DNA of 62,945 nt, counting the filler, from Octopus bimaculoides (taxonomy: Eukaryota), in the NCBI RefSeq assembly GCF_001194135.2. It is 6 parts of 6 records of this genome, joined end to end, with 100 filler letters (N's around TTAATTAATTAA, not from the genome) between each part and the next. Parts side by side here need not be neighbours in the genome. Positions count along the whole stretch, not along the records: positions 1 to 26,661 come from NC_068997.1; 5 more parts are not named here. One strand, 5' to 3'. Of the stretch, positions 13,270-26,127 are shown piece after piece (the first letter of the stretch is position 1; the number at the start of each line of letters is the position of its first letter). Below the pieces are notes generated by a model. It worked only from the letters and a program-made list of their open reading frames with translations. It was not told the DNA's origin and made no database searches. A program made the translations under genes and the position numbers.

Positions 13270-15290
13270 AATTACTAAACCCTTCAAGGAAATGGCCCTG
13301 CTTGATATGTAGAAAAGATCAAGGTTGTAATTCCATGTGGTGCATCTAGTGCAAGCTATGGACACATAAGAGGAGCAATGGAATCACAGGAACTTACTTG
13401 TACTTGCAGTGGCATTCACTGTGAGTGGATTGAGCCAGCTCCCAACCCACAAAATTCATCACCACCCTCATGACAACCACATCTGACAACTGTAGTCAAG
13501 ACAGTAATGGATACCCACTCCTGTTTCCACTGCATAGACATGGGGACCCAATTGTGCTTCATGAACGTTAACAGAGAAAGCAGTTTTTGTGTATGGTAGA
13601 TGTGCAGATACAATAAACACTAAGAATGTAGAGAAAATAAACTTCTTCTCATGTCCAGACAGATCCCTAGAGATAGCAGATAGTGTCTGTTATGGATGTA
13701 ACCAAATTAGCAGCGAGGAGGTTGCTCTGAAAGCATAGCTGCTAGAATAAAAACTGGTCATGTAAGGTTCAGAGAGCTATTACTTTTGTTGGTAACAAAA
13801 GGTCTCTCCCTCAGAGTGAAAAATATTAGATTGGCAACTAAGTTCCCACTGTTTTTTTAAATTAAAATTTTTTAAAAGGTTTAATAAAAAATAACAACTA
13901 ATTAATCAATAATGTATTCACCCTTGTTGTTTACAACTTCTTCCCAATGTTCAACAAGATTTTCAATACCTCGTTACTAGAAATCAGCTGATTTCAATTC
14001 AACCAACCTCTGAATTCTGCATCAGTATTGAACGAAACTCCGCACATAGCATTTGAAAGAGATCGAAAGAGGTGGAAATCTGTTGGTGCCAAATCAGGAG
14101 AGTACGGCTGTTGTGGCAGCACTTCCCAGCCATGCATTTGAATGGCTTCCTTGGTCTTATTGGCGATATGAGGGTGGGCATTGTCGTGCAGCAGAACTCT
14201 ATGCTGTCGATTAGGTCTTTTCTCTTGAATAGCCATGTTGAGTCGTTCTATCTGTTGAACATAGAGTTCCGCATTGGCCATTTGGTTCCGGTCAAGCAAT
14301 TCATAATGGATAATCCCTTCCCAGTCCCACTATACGCACAACATCGTTTTACGCAGATGAAGATCTTGTTTCACACACGGTGTCGCTTGTTTACTGGGGC
14401 TAAGCCATTCCTTACACTGCTTCATATTGATGTACAGGCACCATTTTTCGTCGCCAGTAATGATTCGTTAAAGAAATCGTTGCTTGTGTCCATGAGTTGA
14501 GTGGTAATGAGGAAGGAAACCAGCGAAGATTGTGACTCGATTTTTGTTGTTTTCACTTAAAACATGTGGAACCCATGCACCATACTTCTGAACCTTTCCC
14601 ATCGAGTGAAGATGCTTCTCTATAGCAGTGTGGGAGCATTCCATTTTCTCTACCAGTTCCCTTGTCGCTTGACGAGAATTTTCGTGCAAAAGTTGGTTTA
14701 ATCGCTCTTCATCAAACTCAACTGGACGGCCANNNNNNNNNNNNNNNNNNNNNNNNNNNNNNNNNNNNNNNNNNNNNNNNNNNNNNNNNNNNNNNNNNNN
14801 NNNNNNNNNNNNNNNNNNNNNNGTCTTTGAGGTCAAAATTTCCATTTTTGAACTTGGCATACCAATCACTAGCAGTTCTTTCAGCTATGGCATTCTCTCC
14901 ATACAGAGCACGAATGTCACGAGCAGCTTTTGTGGCCTTAGAACCTTGATTAAAAGAAAAATAAAGGTGTCAAAAATGCTCATTTTTCTTAACTTGACAT
15001 TCCATTTTAATAATCTGAAAATAAACAAAAATTAACTAGAAAAAAAAAAAAAATTCCAAAATGATTCAAAAATAGAATTCTCGAAAAAAAAAATAGATTC
15101 CAAAATTTAAAAAAACGGCGGGAACTTAGTTGCCAACCCAACAGACTGTATAACTGGATGCCATAGAAACCATGCTAAAACAGACAATGGTGCTTGGTGT
15201 GGCTCTCTAGTTCACCAACTCCTGTCAAACCATCAAACCCATGCCAGCATGGAAAATGGACATTAAATAATGAGGATGATGATGACGATG
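13270..15290 (+). mobile_element. RTE LINE 3' fragment interrupted by a mariner
   Basis: 13270-13823 matches 11230-11600; the sequence resumes at 15142 (CAGACTGTAT) and ends in the family tail with GATGATGAC. Confidence 0.75.
13826..15141 (-). mobile_element. mariner (D,D34D) transposon, full length, decayed; transposase about 15005-13902
   Basis: TIRs TTAGATTGGCAACTAAGTTCCC / GGGAACTTAGTTGCCAACCCAA, TA on the left flank; motifs WVPH, TGDEKW, LLHDNAHPH, YSPDLAPTD. Confidence 0.95.
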
Positions 15291-15402
15291 AGAACAAAGA
15301 TGATAACATCTGAGAAAGTTCATAAACAAAAGCTCTACATCAGTCAGTTAGAACCTGGCAAGTACTGGTAAGGCTATGATTTGCTGAAGAGATTTAATAT
15401 AT

Positions 15403-15666
15403 TGTTGTGACGAGAGTTATGACAGCCCCTTGTGAGAGACAGACTGGTCCAAATAAAGTATAAATAGTAATGATCCGAGTGATTTTGTGAGATTCAGAGT
15501 TGAGTGAAGTTCATGTTTAGTTTGTAGTGAAGTTGGAAGGTGTCAGTTGGTTAATTCACAAGGAATATTGATAGTTGGTTTGTAAAAAGATTTGTTAGTT
15601 CATTACATTGTTGTTACTATTGTCTAGTTATCTTAATTATTGTACGTAACAAATTATGTTACAACA
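15403..15666 (+). repeat. 5' LTR of the Mag-like element, followed by degenerate PBS TGGCCCCGAGGA (15669-15680)
   Basis: TG...ACA ends, alignable to 19712-19918; the PBS resembles the tRNA-Ser type TGGCGACGAG. Confidence 0.85.
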
Positions 15667-18600
15667 TCTGGCCCCGAGGATTTTGAAGCGCACGTAAGTT
15701 ATTTAGCAATTTGTTTGTGATACAACTTGTTAAATAATGAAAGACCTATTAGCTTCCATAGTACATTTGCAAAAGCAAGAAACAAGAGCAACAACGGGAG
15801 TTGCAGAAGCAACTATTACAGCAACAACTACAACAACAATTATTGAAGCTATATTCAAAGAAGTCCAAAAATGAGGTTAGTTTGTTTTTGCCAGACAGCG
15901 TTTTGAACTCAATGAAACCCAGAGAAGATTATAACTTTTGCATCATACTACAGAAGGTATGGGGAGATTTTAAAGCAAGATTGCAAATGATGGTTGGATG
16001 AACAAAAAGTGAGATTGTTACTGTGAAAATTAGCTCCATTAGAGCATGAACGTTACCGTAATTTCATATTGCTCAAAAACCTCAATGAAATTTTTGTTTT
16101 GAAGAAACAATAGAATTATTGTCTAACATAGTTGGTGATAAAACTTCTCTATTTAACACTCAAATGAAGTGTTAAAATATAACAAAAAAAGAGGATGATG
16201 ACTTTATTACGTATGCATGAACAGTCAACAAAATGTGTGAACTTACACCTGAGATGTTCAAGTGTCTTATTTTCGTACAGCAAGCAAAGATACAGAAATT
16301 CAGGCAAGAATTCTTCCTAAATTGGAACAATCGAACTAAGATCTAACCTTACAATCCATGCCAGAAAAATGCCAAAGGATGGTAAACCTGAAACAGGGCA
16401 TAGAAAAAATTCAAGAAAGGATTCCTCAAAAATGCAAATATGTCGACCAGAAATGTACAACCAAAAAAGAGCACCACATACTAATCCATGTTATGGATGT
16501 GGGGGCATACATTTCAGAAAAGACTGTCCATTTAAAAATCAAAAATGTTACACTTGCAAAAGAATTGGCCACACGAGTTAACACTGCAGAACAAAATTAT
16601 GAAGATCAAATGCTAAAAATCCATGAGTGCACTCAGCAGAAACAAAATTCAACTCCCAAATAAGAAAATTTGTACACGTAAAAATCAATGGAATACTTCA
16701 GTTGGATACTGGAAATGATATTTCAATCATAAATATGGACACATGGAAGAGAATAGAGAAATCTATGTTGAGAAAAACAGCAAAATCTGCTTGTAGCGTG
16801 ACGGGCAACAGGTTACATTTCATAGGTGAAATGTGGACTAATGTCACATTTTGAGGGAAAACATGCTAGGTGAAAGTCTTCATCATTAAAAATGCAACCT
16901 ATCTGTTTTGGTACTAATTGGTTAGAATTATTCAATTTATGGAACCTCCCCATAAATTTCTATTGTAAAAACATAAATCATTGTTCCTCTAAAAATAATT
17001 TGTCTGAAGAGTTAAAGAGAAAATTAAATAAATTACTCTCCGACAAACTAGGTCTATGCACAAAGACTGAAGTGTGTTTTGAATTAGATGATGACATTAC
17101 ACCTGAGTTCAAACCTAATAGGAAAGTGCCTTTTGCAGCAAGTGGATGATGAGTTGACAGATTGGAAAAAACCAGAATCATTGAAAAAGTGGATTACGTG
17201 AAATGGGCAGATCTGACTGTATGTATAAAAATTAGGTTGTGTGCTGAATTTTCGACCAGTTTAAATTACCATTTAAAAATGAACCATCATCCATTACCAA
17301 ACCTAGAAGATATTTTTAGAAAACTAAATGGAGGAAAAATATTTTCAAAACTCAATCTGTCTGACACATCTACAAATTAAAGTAGATAAAAAAATGCTCA
17401 AAGCTGTTCATGGTCAGCACGCACAGAAGTCTATACAAATACAATGGACTACCTTTTGGACTGATGGCAGAACCTGTAAGATTTCAACAGGTGATGGACG
17501 CGATGTTGGCAGACTGTCAATTTGCTATTCCTTACCTTGATGATGTGTTAATCAAAAGAGAATCAAGGAATGTGCATATTGAACACGTGAAGTGTGTCAT
17601 TAAAAAAAATTAAGAGAATATGCTTCCTCCAATGAATATACCAACACTACAAGCTTTCCTTGGCCTAGCAAATTACTATCAACAGTACATTCCAAATACA
17701 TAATTGAGAGCACCATTAAACGATTTACTAAAAAAAGAAGTAAAATGGAATTGGTCAATAAAATGCCAAAACACATTTGAAGACATAAAGAAAATACTAA
17801 TTTCTGACTTGTCACTTGAATGGACATTGTTGTAGTGTCTGATGCTTTGGAGTATGGAATAGAAGCAGTCTTGCAACACAAGTATAAAGATGGAAAAATG
17901 AAGCCAGTAGTTCATGCTTCATGTTCGTGGGGAAAAAAAGTATAGTCAGATAAAGAAGGAGGCTCTATCAATTTTTTTTGCGATAAAAAAATTTGACAAA
18001 TTTCTACATCGTTGAAGTTTTTTGTTACAAACCAACCATCGATCATTACTATCAATTTTTGGATCAAAGAAGGGATTGCCTACCCATAACACAAACCAAC
18101 TACAACACTGGGGTACAACATTGCAGAACTACAATTTTAAGATGCAGTATATTCTAATGAAGAAAGTTGGTCATGCAGACTGCTTATTGAGGCTAATTCC
18201 CAAGAGTGTGAAACTGCTAGAAGAGACTGTAATAGTGTCATTGCAGTCAGAAAATGAAGTAAGAAGTATTGTAATATAATCCAGGAACTGCCGGTGACAG
18301 CGCATGATATAAAAATGAAATCCATTACAAGAATAAATGGAACATTGAAAAACAAGCATAATAAAAATACAAATTCAAATAATTTCTCACTATGCAATGA
18401 TGTCTTAATGTATGCACAGACAGTAGTAGTACTAAGGGCACTACAGAAACGAGTATTGCAACAATTCCACTGTGGGCACCCGGGAATGTCCAGAATGAAA
18501 GCTTTAATGAGGAGCTTTGTATATTGGTTGACTATGGACAGGGACATTGAGAAATTGGTGAAAGCATGTAGAGGTTGTGCATTGGCAACCAAAGCATCAC

Positions 18601-19711
18601 CAGTAAAATACCAATTGTGACTGGAGACTGAGAGCCCATGGTCCAGAATACATATCAACTGTGCTGGACCAGTGAGCAGCGCATACTATCTAATCATTGT
18701 GTATAGCTATACAAAGTGGTCAGAGGTATGCAAATGTAATAAACCCACAGCAAAGACAACAATAAAGTTCCTACTTGAGTTATTTGTTCGATACAGTGCT
18801 CCAGATAAGTTAGCTTCAGATAATGGAACACAATCCACGGGATATGAATTAAGAGATTTCTGCAAAATACATGCCATAAAGCACATCTTTAGCCCAACCC
18901 TACCACCCGAGGTTACATTTAACCTCGGGTGGTAGGGTTGGGTAAAGATGTGGAAGCGGAAAGATTTGGTGACATGTCCAAAAGAGCTCTAAGAAAAGCG
19001 AGGAACAAGCTAACAAAACATTTTTGAGAATATATAGAATAATGCCAAATCCAAATACTAATTCAGGAAAGTCACCAGCAGAGTTAATGTTCTTGCGTAA
19101 AATAAAATCGATCTTCGATAAATTCTTGCCAGGAAAAAATACATATAAAGGAAAGACAAAAAATACATTTGAAGGAAATACAAGAAATATTACAAAACAT
19201 TTTGAAGTAGGAGATGAAGTTCATTTTAGAAATTACAAAAAATGGTAAAGAAGGTTGGGAGGATGTCAGTGGAATCAAAAGACTAGGTAACATGATGTAT
19301 TTAATTAAAGGGCAATGTTCAGAACATAAGAGACACTTTAACCTGTTAAAGATGAGACATACAGAAGAACGAAGGGTAATACCAATGGAAATCTGTTTGA
19401 AGTGCCAGCACTGAGAGATATTGAACCCAAAAGAACTAGCTTCACAAAACGAAATCAGACTGAATATCTGGAAGTAATACTTATACGAAAAAGATATTAA
19501 ATTTACAAAAAAAAAAAAAAAAAAAAAGAGTGCTTAGTACAAAGAAAGGGAAAAGTGTTGCAATGAACAATGCTACCTTCAAATTCGAGCAACAATTAAG
19601 ATACAACAGCTAAAAAAAAATTGTTTTAAAGAAGAGAGAGAGAGGAGGGGGGGTACTGGAAATAAAAAGAAATCCACTTTCTCACAGTAGTTGAAATCTC
19701 AAAAGGGAAGA

Positions 19712-19918
19712 TGTACTGTTCCAAGTAAAGTATAAATAATAACAATCTGAGTGAGTTCATGAAGTTCAGAATCAAGTGAAGTTTGTGTTTAGTTCGCAGT
19801 GAAGTTGGAAGGTGCCGGTTGGTTAGTTCATAAGGAATATTGATTGTTGGTTCGTTACATTGGTGTTACTGTTGTCTGGTTATCGTGATTATTGTACATA
19901 ACAAATTACAATACAACA
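19712..19918 (+). repeat. 3' LTR of the Mag-like element
   Basis: Starts TGT right after the polypurine tract, ends ACAACA, shares AAAGTATAAATA...GTGAAGTTGGAAGGTG...AACAAATTA with the 5' LTR. Confidence 0.85.
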
Positions 19919-20246
19919 TATATGAAACATGTCCAAAGTTATCATTGTACTTGCTGAAGATCAGACTCACTCATTTTTTTTATTTACCCACACCATTTAA
20001 TTTCTATTTAATTTGGATTTAAGAACTGCTCCTTTTCCTCTTTGTGATCAGTATTAATCATTAAACCTAATGATTTTTTTTCTCTCTCCCCATTATGTTG
20101 GCTCCTAATTAACATTATATTTTTCATGCAGAACACTTCTCTGTATAAGTAGTCCAAGTAATTTCTTAGAAAATTTCACCCCCACTGCAAGTCAGCTTTT
20201 TCTGCTGCAAATCCAATTCAAGTGGAAAAATATTCCAGGAACATAC

Positions 20247-20477
20247 CTCAGATTCCTTGTCTGTTTGCTGATCATCTTCCATTTCAGCTATAGTTTCAAT
20301 TTCAGATGTTATGAAAGAACCTTTCACTTTATTTAAAGTGCCAATCCACTCAGCAATGCCAAGTAAACATCCCAAAGTCTCAAGACGGTTGGTTTCCTGT
20401 ATATTTTGGCAGTTCTTCCAGAGAACAAGCTTAGATTCTGTTAAGCCAAGAACTTTCCCAAGTGGCTCTAGGAACAT
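20247..20477 (-). pseudogene. NO VEIN-like gene exon (MFLEPLGKVLG...RLETLGCLLGIAEWI)
   Basis: AG acceptor, 77 open codons, GAG|GTATGT donor. FLEPL...L.LG..LGI.EW matches my recollection of plant NO VEIN and its uncharacterised animal homologues. Confidence 0.7.
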
Positions 20478-21673
20478 CTTTCAAAACAAAAAACAGAATT
20501 ACTAATGCATATTATTGTATCTTAAAAAAAGATTAAGATTGAATTAATATTATTCATTACAAGTTGACACACAGAGCAGAATTACTATTATACTACAATT
20601 GCCCAATTATTTATTCCAGTTTGATACAACACTTCCACAACTAGATAATCTTCATAACACAAACATAGTTGCTTCAAACTGAAATGTTAACCAATGGTGA
20701 TGTTCGCACCTAAACTAAGCTGATGAAAAGCCTCTGTCATATCTATCTTTAACAATAAGCATCTGTACACTTTTCTAGGGAAACATATCTGACCAGGAAT
20801 ATACTTCATAAACAGTTGTCATTTAATCTGGGAATATTTATTTGGTTCATAATTGATTGCATACATGGAGGTTGTCTCCCTATCTGCTATCAAGAAGTTG
20901 ATGGAACAGGGAGAGGTGTATCTCACACTGAAGCTGTACTGATCTTTTTTTTTGTTGTCTATTTCTTCATGCAGCTATGTTTTCAAATTAGAGCAAGTAT
21001 TTTATGTATTTGGTCTAATACCTTGCTGTTTCCAATTTCTTCATTGGACTAAAGCTCAATGTTATTACCCATTCAAGAACACACTTGAGTGACTATGACC
21101 CAAAGTTTTTTTTAGGAGAGATTTGCAGGATTCTGACTACCAATCTGAATGAAATCTAACTAGGTGAAGGCTACAATCTTTAAGCAGTTAGATACATAAG
21201 TTCTTATTTAGGGACATCCCTCCATACATTGTGTTTTTATCATATACATGTATTCTCATTTTGAGCATATACACAATCTTATCTTACATTCAGTAAGAAT
21301 TGGTAGTGTAGTTAATTGATGTATGTACATATAAGTACATACTTTATATTTCTGCTTTACCATTGCAGGATAAATAACTGTGTTGAAATTCAATACCGTC
21401 ATAATCACCTGTCTCCATGAGCAGTAATCTTCACATCCAGACCCACAAAGATTTCAAAAGAGGTTCAAGGTAAAGTGCTAATAATAAATGAGAAAAGAAC
21501 ACAAATTATATAATTAAATTCACTAGCTAATAACTATTTCAATAAAGAAAACAAAACAACACTTAGTGATGAGTATTGTTCTATTCAGTTTACCTCACTG
21601 GAACCAGAATGAATATGCTTTATTTGGGAAAAGAGAAAGACCTGTAAGTGCACAACATAAAAAAAGGACTTAC

Positions 21674-21765
21674 CTTATTTGCAACAGACACACAAATCTG
21701 AATGGGTAAACATAGTAAGCAGTCCAGCACAAATTTGGCTGGGTTACCCATATATTTTTCATCAT
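21674..21765 (-). pseudogene. NO VEIN-like gene exon (DEKYMGNPAKFVLDCLLCLPIQICVSVANK)
   Basis: TAG acceptor, AAG|GTAAGT donor, phase 0 into 20477; F.LDCL..LP motif as in NO VEIN. Confidence 0.7.
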
Positions 21766-21976
21766 CTAGAAACATCAAAAAATAACAATGATCAGAGAAG
21801 ATATTCTTCTGAATGAATTGAAAATAAATATATTATAGCATAAACATACACATACAAATTTATACATAAAAGCAAATAAAACTCATACTTTGTATTTCAC
21901 TCCATTTTATTCAACAGATCCCATATCTGAGAACATCTGCTTCTTCAATTATTAATATCTATTATGGATCACATTC

Positions 21977-24900
21977 CTCCCCCTGCATGTGACCTTGACG
22001 TGACAGGGAGGCTTGCATACTCTTATGATCCCTAGAGCATGTGCCAATGGGGAACGTGTTCCCCTGGTAGGTTCAACCTTGCTGGTTTGGTCGAAGAGGA
22101 GGAGTCAGACTAAAGTATACACATCGGCCCTCCAGATTTGGGGTTGCGCTATAGGCTAACACCCTATACACGTAAAAAACACTTGTTACGGAAGCCAACA
22201 ACAGTTCATTTAATACTAATTCAGTTCTTGGGAGAACCAGGGTTCCAATCCGGAGACTGATGACGTGCTGTAGCCAAACCTGTCAAGAAGCTACATGGCC
22301 AAGGACAACCTTGAAGGGCGGTCCAAAGCAGCTCTCACAGAAGAAGCCCATCCTTCTTGGAACCTGGAATGTGAGAACATTCCGAGAGACAGGAAGGTGC
22401 GCACAAGCGGTGAGGGAGATGCACCAGTATCATCTCACATTACTTGGTATGTGTGAAGTAAGGTGGAACTCCTTCGGAGAGATCAAATTAGAGACAGGCG
22501 AAACATTTCTCTACTAGGGTAAAGACAATGAAGAGGACCACCATGAAGCAGGGGTAGTGCTGCTGTTGTCGAAGGAAGTAGCAAGGAGTCTCATGGAGTG
22601 GGAACCGGTGTCTGATCGCATCATCACGGCCAGGTTTGAGTTCAGGTTCCATCAAGTGTCCATCATTATGTGTTATGTACCTACAAAAAATACGGAGGAA
22701 NNNNNNNNNNNNNNNNNNNNNNNNNNNNNNNNNNNNNNNNNNNNNNNNNNNNNNNNNNNNNNNNNNNNNNNNNNNNNNNNNNNNNNNNNNNNNNNNNNNN
22801 NNNNNNNNNNNNNNNNNNNNNNNNNNNNNNNNNNNNNNNNNNNNNNNNNNNNNNNNNNNNNNNNNNNNNNNNNNNNNNNNNNNNNNNNNNNNNNNNNNNN
22901 NNNNNNNNNNNNNNNNNNNNNNNNNNNNNNNNNNNNNNNNNNNNNNNNNNNNNNNNNNNNNNNNNNNNNNNNNNNNNNNNNNNNNNNNNNNNNNNNNNNN
23001 NNNNNNNNNNNNNNNNNNNNNNNNNNNNNNCTGTGCAGTCAACGAACTTACTATTGGAGGCACCCTCTTCCCACACAGACGTTGCCATAAAGCCACCTGG
23101 GTATCACCAGATCAGCAGATGGAAAACCAGATTGACCATATCGCAGTCCAGCAACGTTAGAGGAGTTCACTTCAAGATGTGAGAGCCAAGCGAGGAGCAG
23201 ATATTAGATTGGACCATCACTTGGTGATAGCGAAACTCAAGGTGAAGCTTTCAACAAGGAGAAGACAGGCAAATCCATGGTTGAAATTTGATGTTCAGAA
23301 ACTGAAAAAAGAAGAGTCAAAACAGGCTTTCCAGTTGTCTCTCCGCAATCGATTTGAAGCCCTACAGACAGAGGTAACTGTGGAACAATCCTGGACAAAT
23401 TTGAAGGAGGCTACAGTTAGAGTGTGTAAAGAGGTTCAGGGAAGACAAACAGTGAACAGGAAGCCTCGGATAAGTGACGAGACGTCACAGAAGGTGGAGG
23501 AGAGGAAGATGCTGAAGCATGAGTTGAACCAAGCCAGAACCCATCAGCAGAAGCAGGCCGTTGCCAGTAAGTATAGTGAGGTGGTGAGAGAAGTCAAAAA
23601 GAAACTAAGGAGAGACAGAAGAACATACTTCAATGAAGTGGCCGATGAAGTGGAAACAGCAGTGAGGAAAGGAGACTTGACTTTATGACACTATATGCAA
23701 CAATAAGGTTAGTGAGTGGAAAGAGAGGCAACCCAGTTAGACCAATAAAGGACAAGGTCGGACAGTTGCTAACTTCCATTGAGGACTAACTGGCAAGATG
23801 GAAGGAACACTTCCAAGAAATACTTAATCGCCCTCCATCTCAAGATCAGCCAGAATTAGGGCCTGGGATCCTGCTCAATATTCACATTGGAGAAATCACC
23901 AAGCCAGAAATCTGCAAAGCTGTGAAGAGTTTAAAGAATGGAAAGGAGGCAGGAATGGACGGCATACCAGCAGAGGCACTGAAAGCAGGAGGAGAAGAGA
24001 TGATCGATTATATGCACCATGTGCTGAACCTGGTATGGACGACAGAGAAGATCCCAACCGACTGGAAGAAGAGTGGGGATTTATCACAATGCGTAAAGTG
24101 GAGAGGAATTACCTTGCTTTCCATTCAAAGCAAAGTCCTTACAAGAATCATCTTGGAGCAATTGAAAAATATCACTGACAAGCAACTCAGAGATGAGCAG
24201 GCAGGTTTCAGAAAGGAGAGATCATGTATGGACCAGATTGCAATGCTCAGAGTCATCGTAGAGCAGACAATGGAATGGCAAATGTCACTCTATGTGTGCT
24301 TCGTCGACTTTGAAAAGGCATTTGACAGCGTAGACAGGCAGACAATCTGGGACATCTTATGACACTATGGTGTGCCAGAGAAGATTGTAGGCATTATTCG
24401 ATTACTCTACGAGGAGTTTTCTTGCCAGGTCATCCATGCTAGGAGATTGTCGGAGGAATTCAGGGTCAGCACAGGAGTCAGACAGGGCTGTTTGTTGTTA
24501 CAGCTCCTGTTCCTCATTGTGCTGGACTAGGTCACCAGGACGGCCTACGCTACCTCTGGGAAAGGTATTCAGTGGACACTGATGAACAAGCTGGAGGACT
24601 TGGACTACGCAGATGATCTCGTGCTACTGTCACATCACCTGCAAGACATGCAAGATAAGGTAGACCACCTGAGAAAAACTTCATGCTGAGTGGGCTTGAG
24701 GATCAGCCAGGAAAAGACAAAAGTGCTGCGTATCAACAACAAGCAGGAAGAGGAGGCACCTGTGGAGGACGTTAGTGAGTGTGTCTATCTTGGAAGCGAG
24801 ATCAGCAAATCAGGTGGATCAGACGAGGACATCACTGCAAGAAGCAAGAAGGCTTGGCAAGCCTTCACTATTCTTTGGCCAGTATGGAAGTCCACTGCCA

Positions 24901-25377
24901 TCTCAACTCGAACTAAACTCCGCTTATTTAGTTCAAACGTAAAATCTGTGCTTTTGTATGGCTCTGAAACATGGAGAGCCACCTGCAGCAACTACAAGAA
25001 GATCCATACCTTCATCAACAAATGTCTCCGGCAGATCCTCCATCTGAAGTGGTTTGACAGAGTGCCAAACACCGACCTGTGGGAAAGGGTCAACCAGGAG
25101 CCCATACATGTTCAGATTAGACGAAGGAAATGGAGATAGATCGGACACACACTGCGGAAAGAACCCTCAAATGTGACACGACAAGCACTTGACTGGAACC
25201 CACAGGGGAAAAGGAAGCGAGGACACCCGAAGCAGACATGGAAGCGGAGCATTTTGGATGAGCTCAGGACCACTGGCCTAACATGGGAAGCAGCCAAGAA
25301 ACACGCTAATGACTGCAAAAAGTGGAAAATAACTGTTGAGGCCCTATGCTCCATAAGGGGAAAAAAGGATTAAGAAG
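21977..25377 (+). mobile_element. RTE-clade LINE, near full length with 5' UTR, ORF about 22259-25373 with several stops
   Basis: 13-bp TSD ATGGATCACATTC (21964-21976, 25378-25390); APE (GTWNVRT, NQIDHI), RT (QAGFRKERS, VDFEKAFD, YADD), C-terminal GKRKRGHPKQTW. Confidence 0.95.
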
Positions 25378-25744
25378 ATGGATCACATTCTGATGAAAGC
25401 CATCTAATGAACCCCATAAAACTTTCTTACACAAAATCTAGCTGTACTCTTTCAAGCTGACTTGTTTTGTTTTGTTTTGTTTTTTTTGCATAGTTCTTCA
25501 TTTTGAGAGCCGCTATCTCAGGAAATATCTTTTCTTTCTAAATGTTACTACTGTACACTCATCATTAAATTTTCAAGCTTGCACAGAAGTTCTCCTAGTT
25601 AAAATAACTTTCTTTTCCATTATTGAAATAGTCAATGAAAAGGATAATAGTGATGTTATTATGGCTAATGCCGTAGTGAAAAAGAAAATAATCCATTTTT
25701 ATCTTCTTGCACTATTATAAAGAAAATATTAAAAAACAACTTAC

Positions 25745-25999
25745 CTTGCTTGCTGTTAGTATCATTATTCAATGTGAAAAGATGTGCCTGTAAGATAATA
25801 GAGAGGTAGGCAAATGGTGTCATAGCCAGACCTTTATTGTGAACAATGAGGGAAACCAGATGACCACAAATGTTGATCACATCACTTGTAGAACATGCAG
25901 CAGAGAACTTTTCCACAGAAGTTTCACTGATGATTTTTAAATATTTTCCAGGTTCAGTCTCAAGGATCATAAAATCAGTGCGTACTGACTTTCTGCCAC
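25745..25999 (-). pseudogene. NO VEIN-like gene exon (GGRKSVRTDFMILETE...)
   Basis: TTCCAG acceptor, 84 open codons, G|GTAAGT donor; GG.K.V...F motif as in NO VEIN, upstream of the DCL..LP motif. Confidence 0.65.
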
Positions 26000-26127
26000 C
26001 TGGAACAAATAATGTACACATATTTGAATTTCATTAGCTTTAATGCATTGGTAAACATATTTTCATGAGGGTATTTGAATTTTCAGACCAAGAAAAGTTG
26101 TACATACAAGAACTAGAAGCAACTCAC

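Larger units (their letters stand above)
15403..19918 (+). mobile_element. Ty3/Gypsy (Mag-like) LTR retrotransposon, full length, frameshifted
   Basis: LTR-PBS-gag (two CCHC knuckles at about 16480-16600)-protease (LDTG)-RT (YLDD)-RNase H-integrase (HPG..C..C, SDNG)-PPT (AAAAGGGAAGA 19701-19711)-LTR; TATAT on both flanks. Confidence 0.92.

Noticed and set aside
21361-21477. Exon-like minus-strand segment ALYLEPLLKSLWVWM*RLLLMETGDY with a single TGA (considered Sec or A-to-I stop recoding)
   Set aside because: Phase 1-1 does not fit between the phase-0 neighbours; no SECIS or editing evidence is visible.
21594-21673. Apparent 32-nt intron plus 48-nt mini-exon
   Set aside because: The intron is implausibly short, and homology reads better when 21674 splices straight to 20477.
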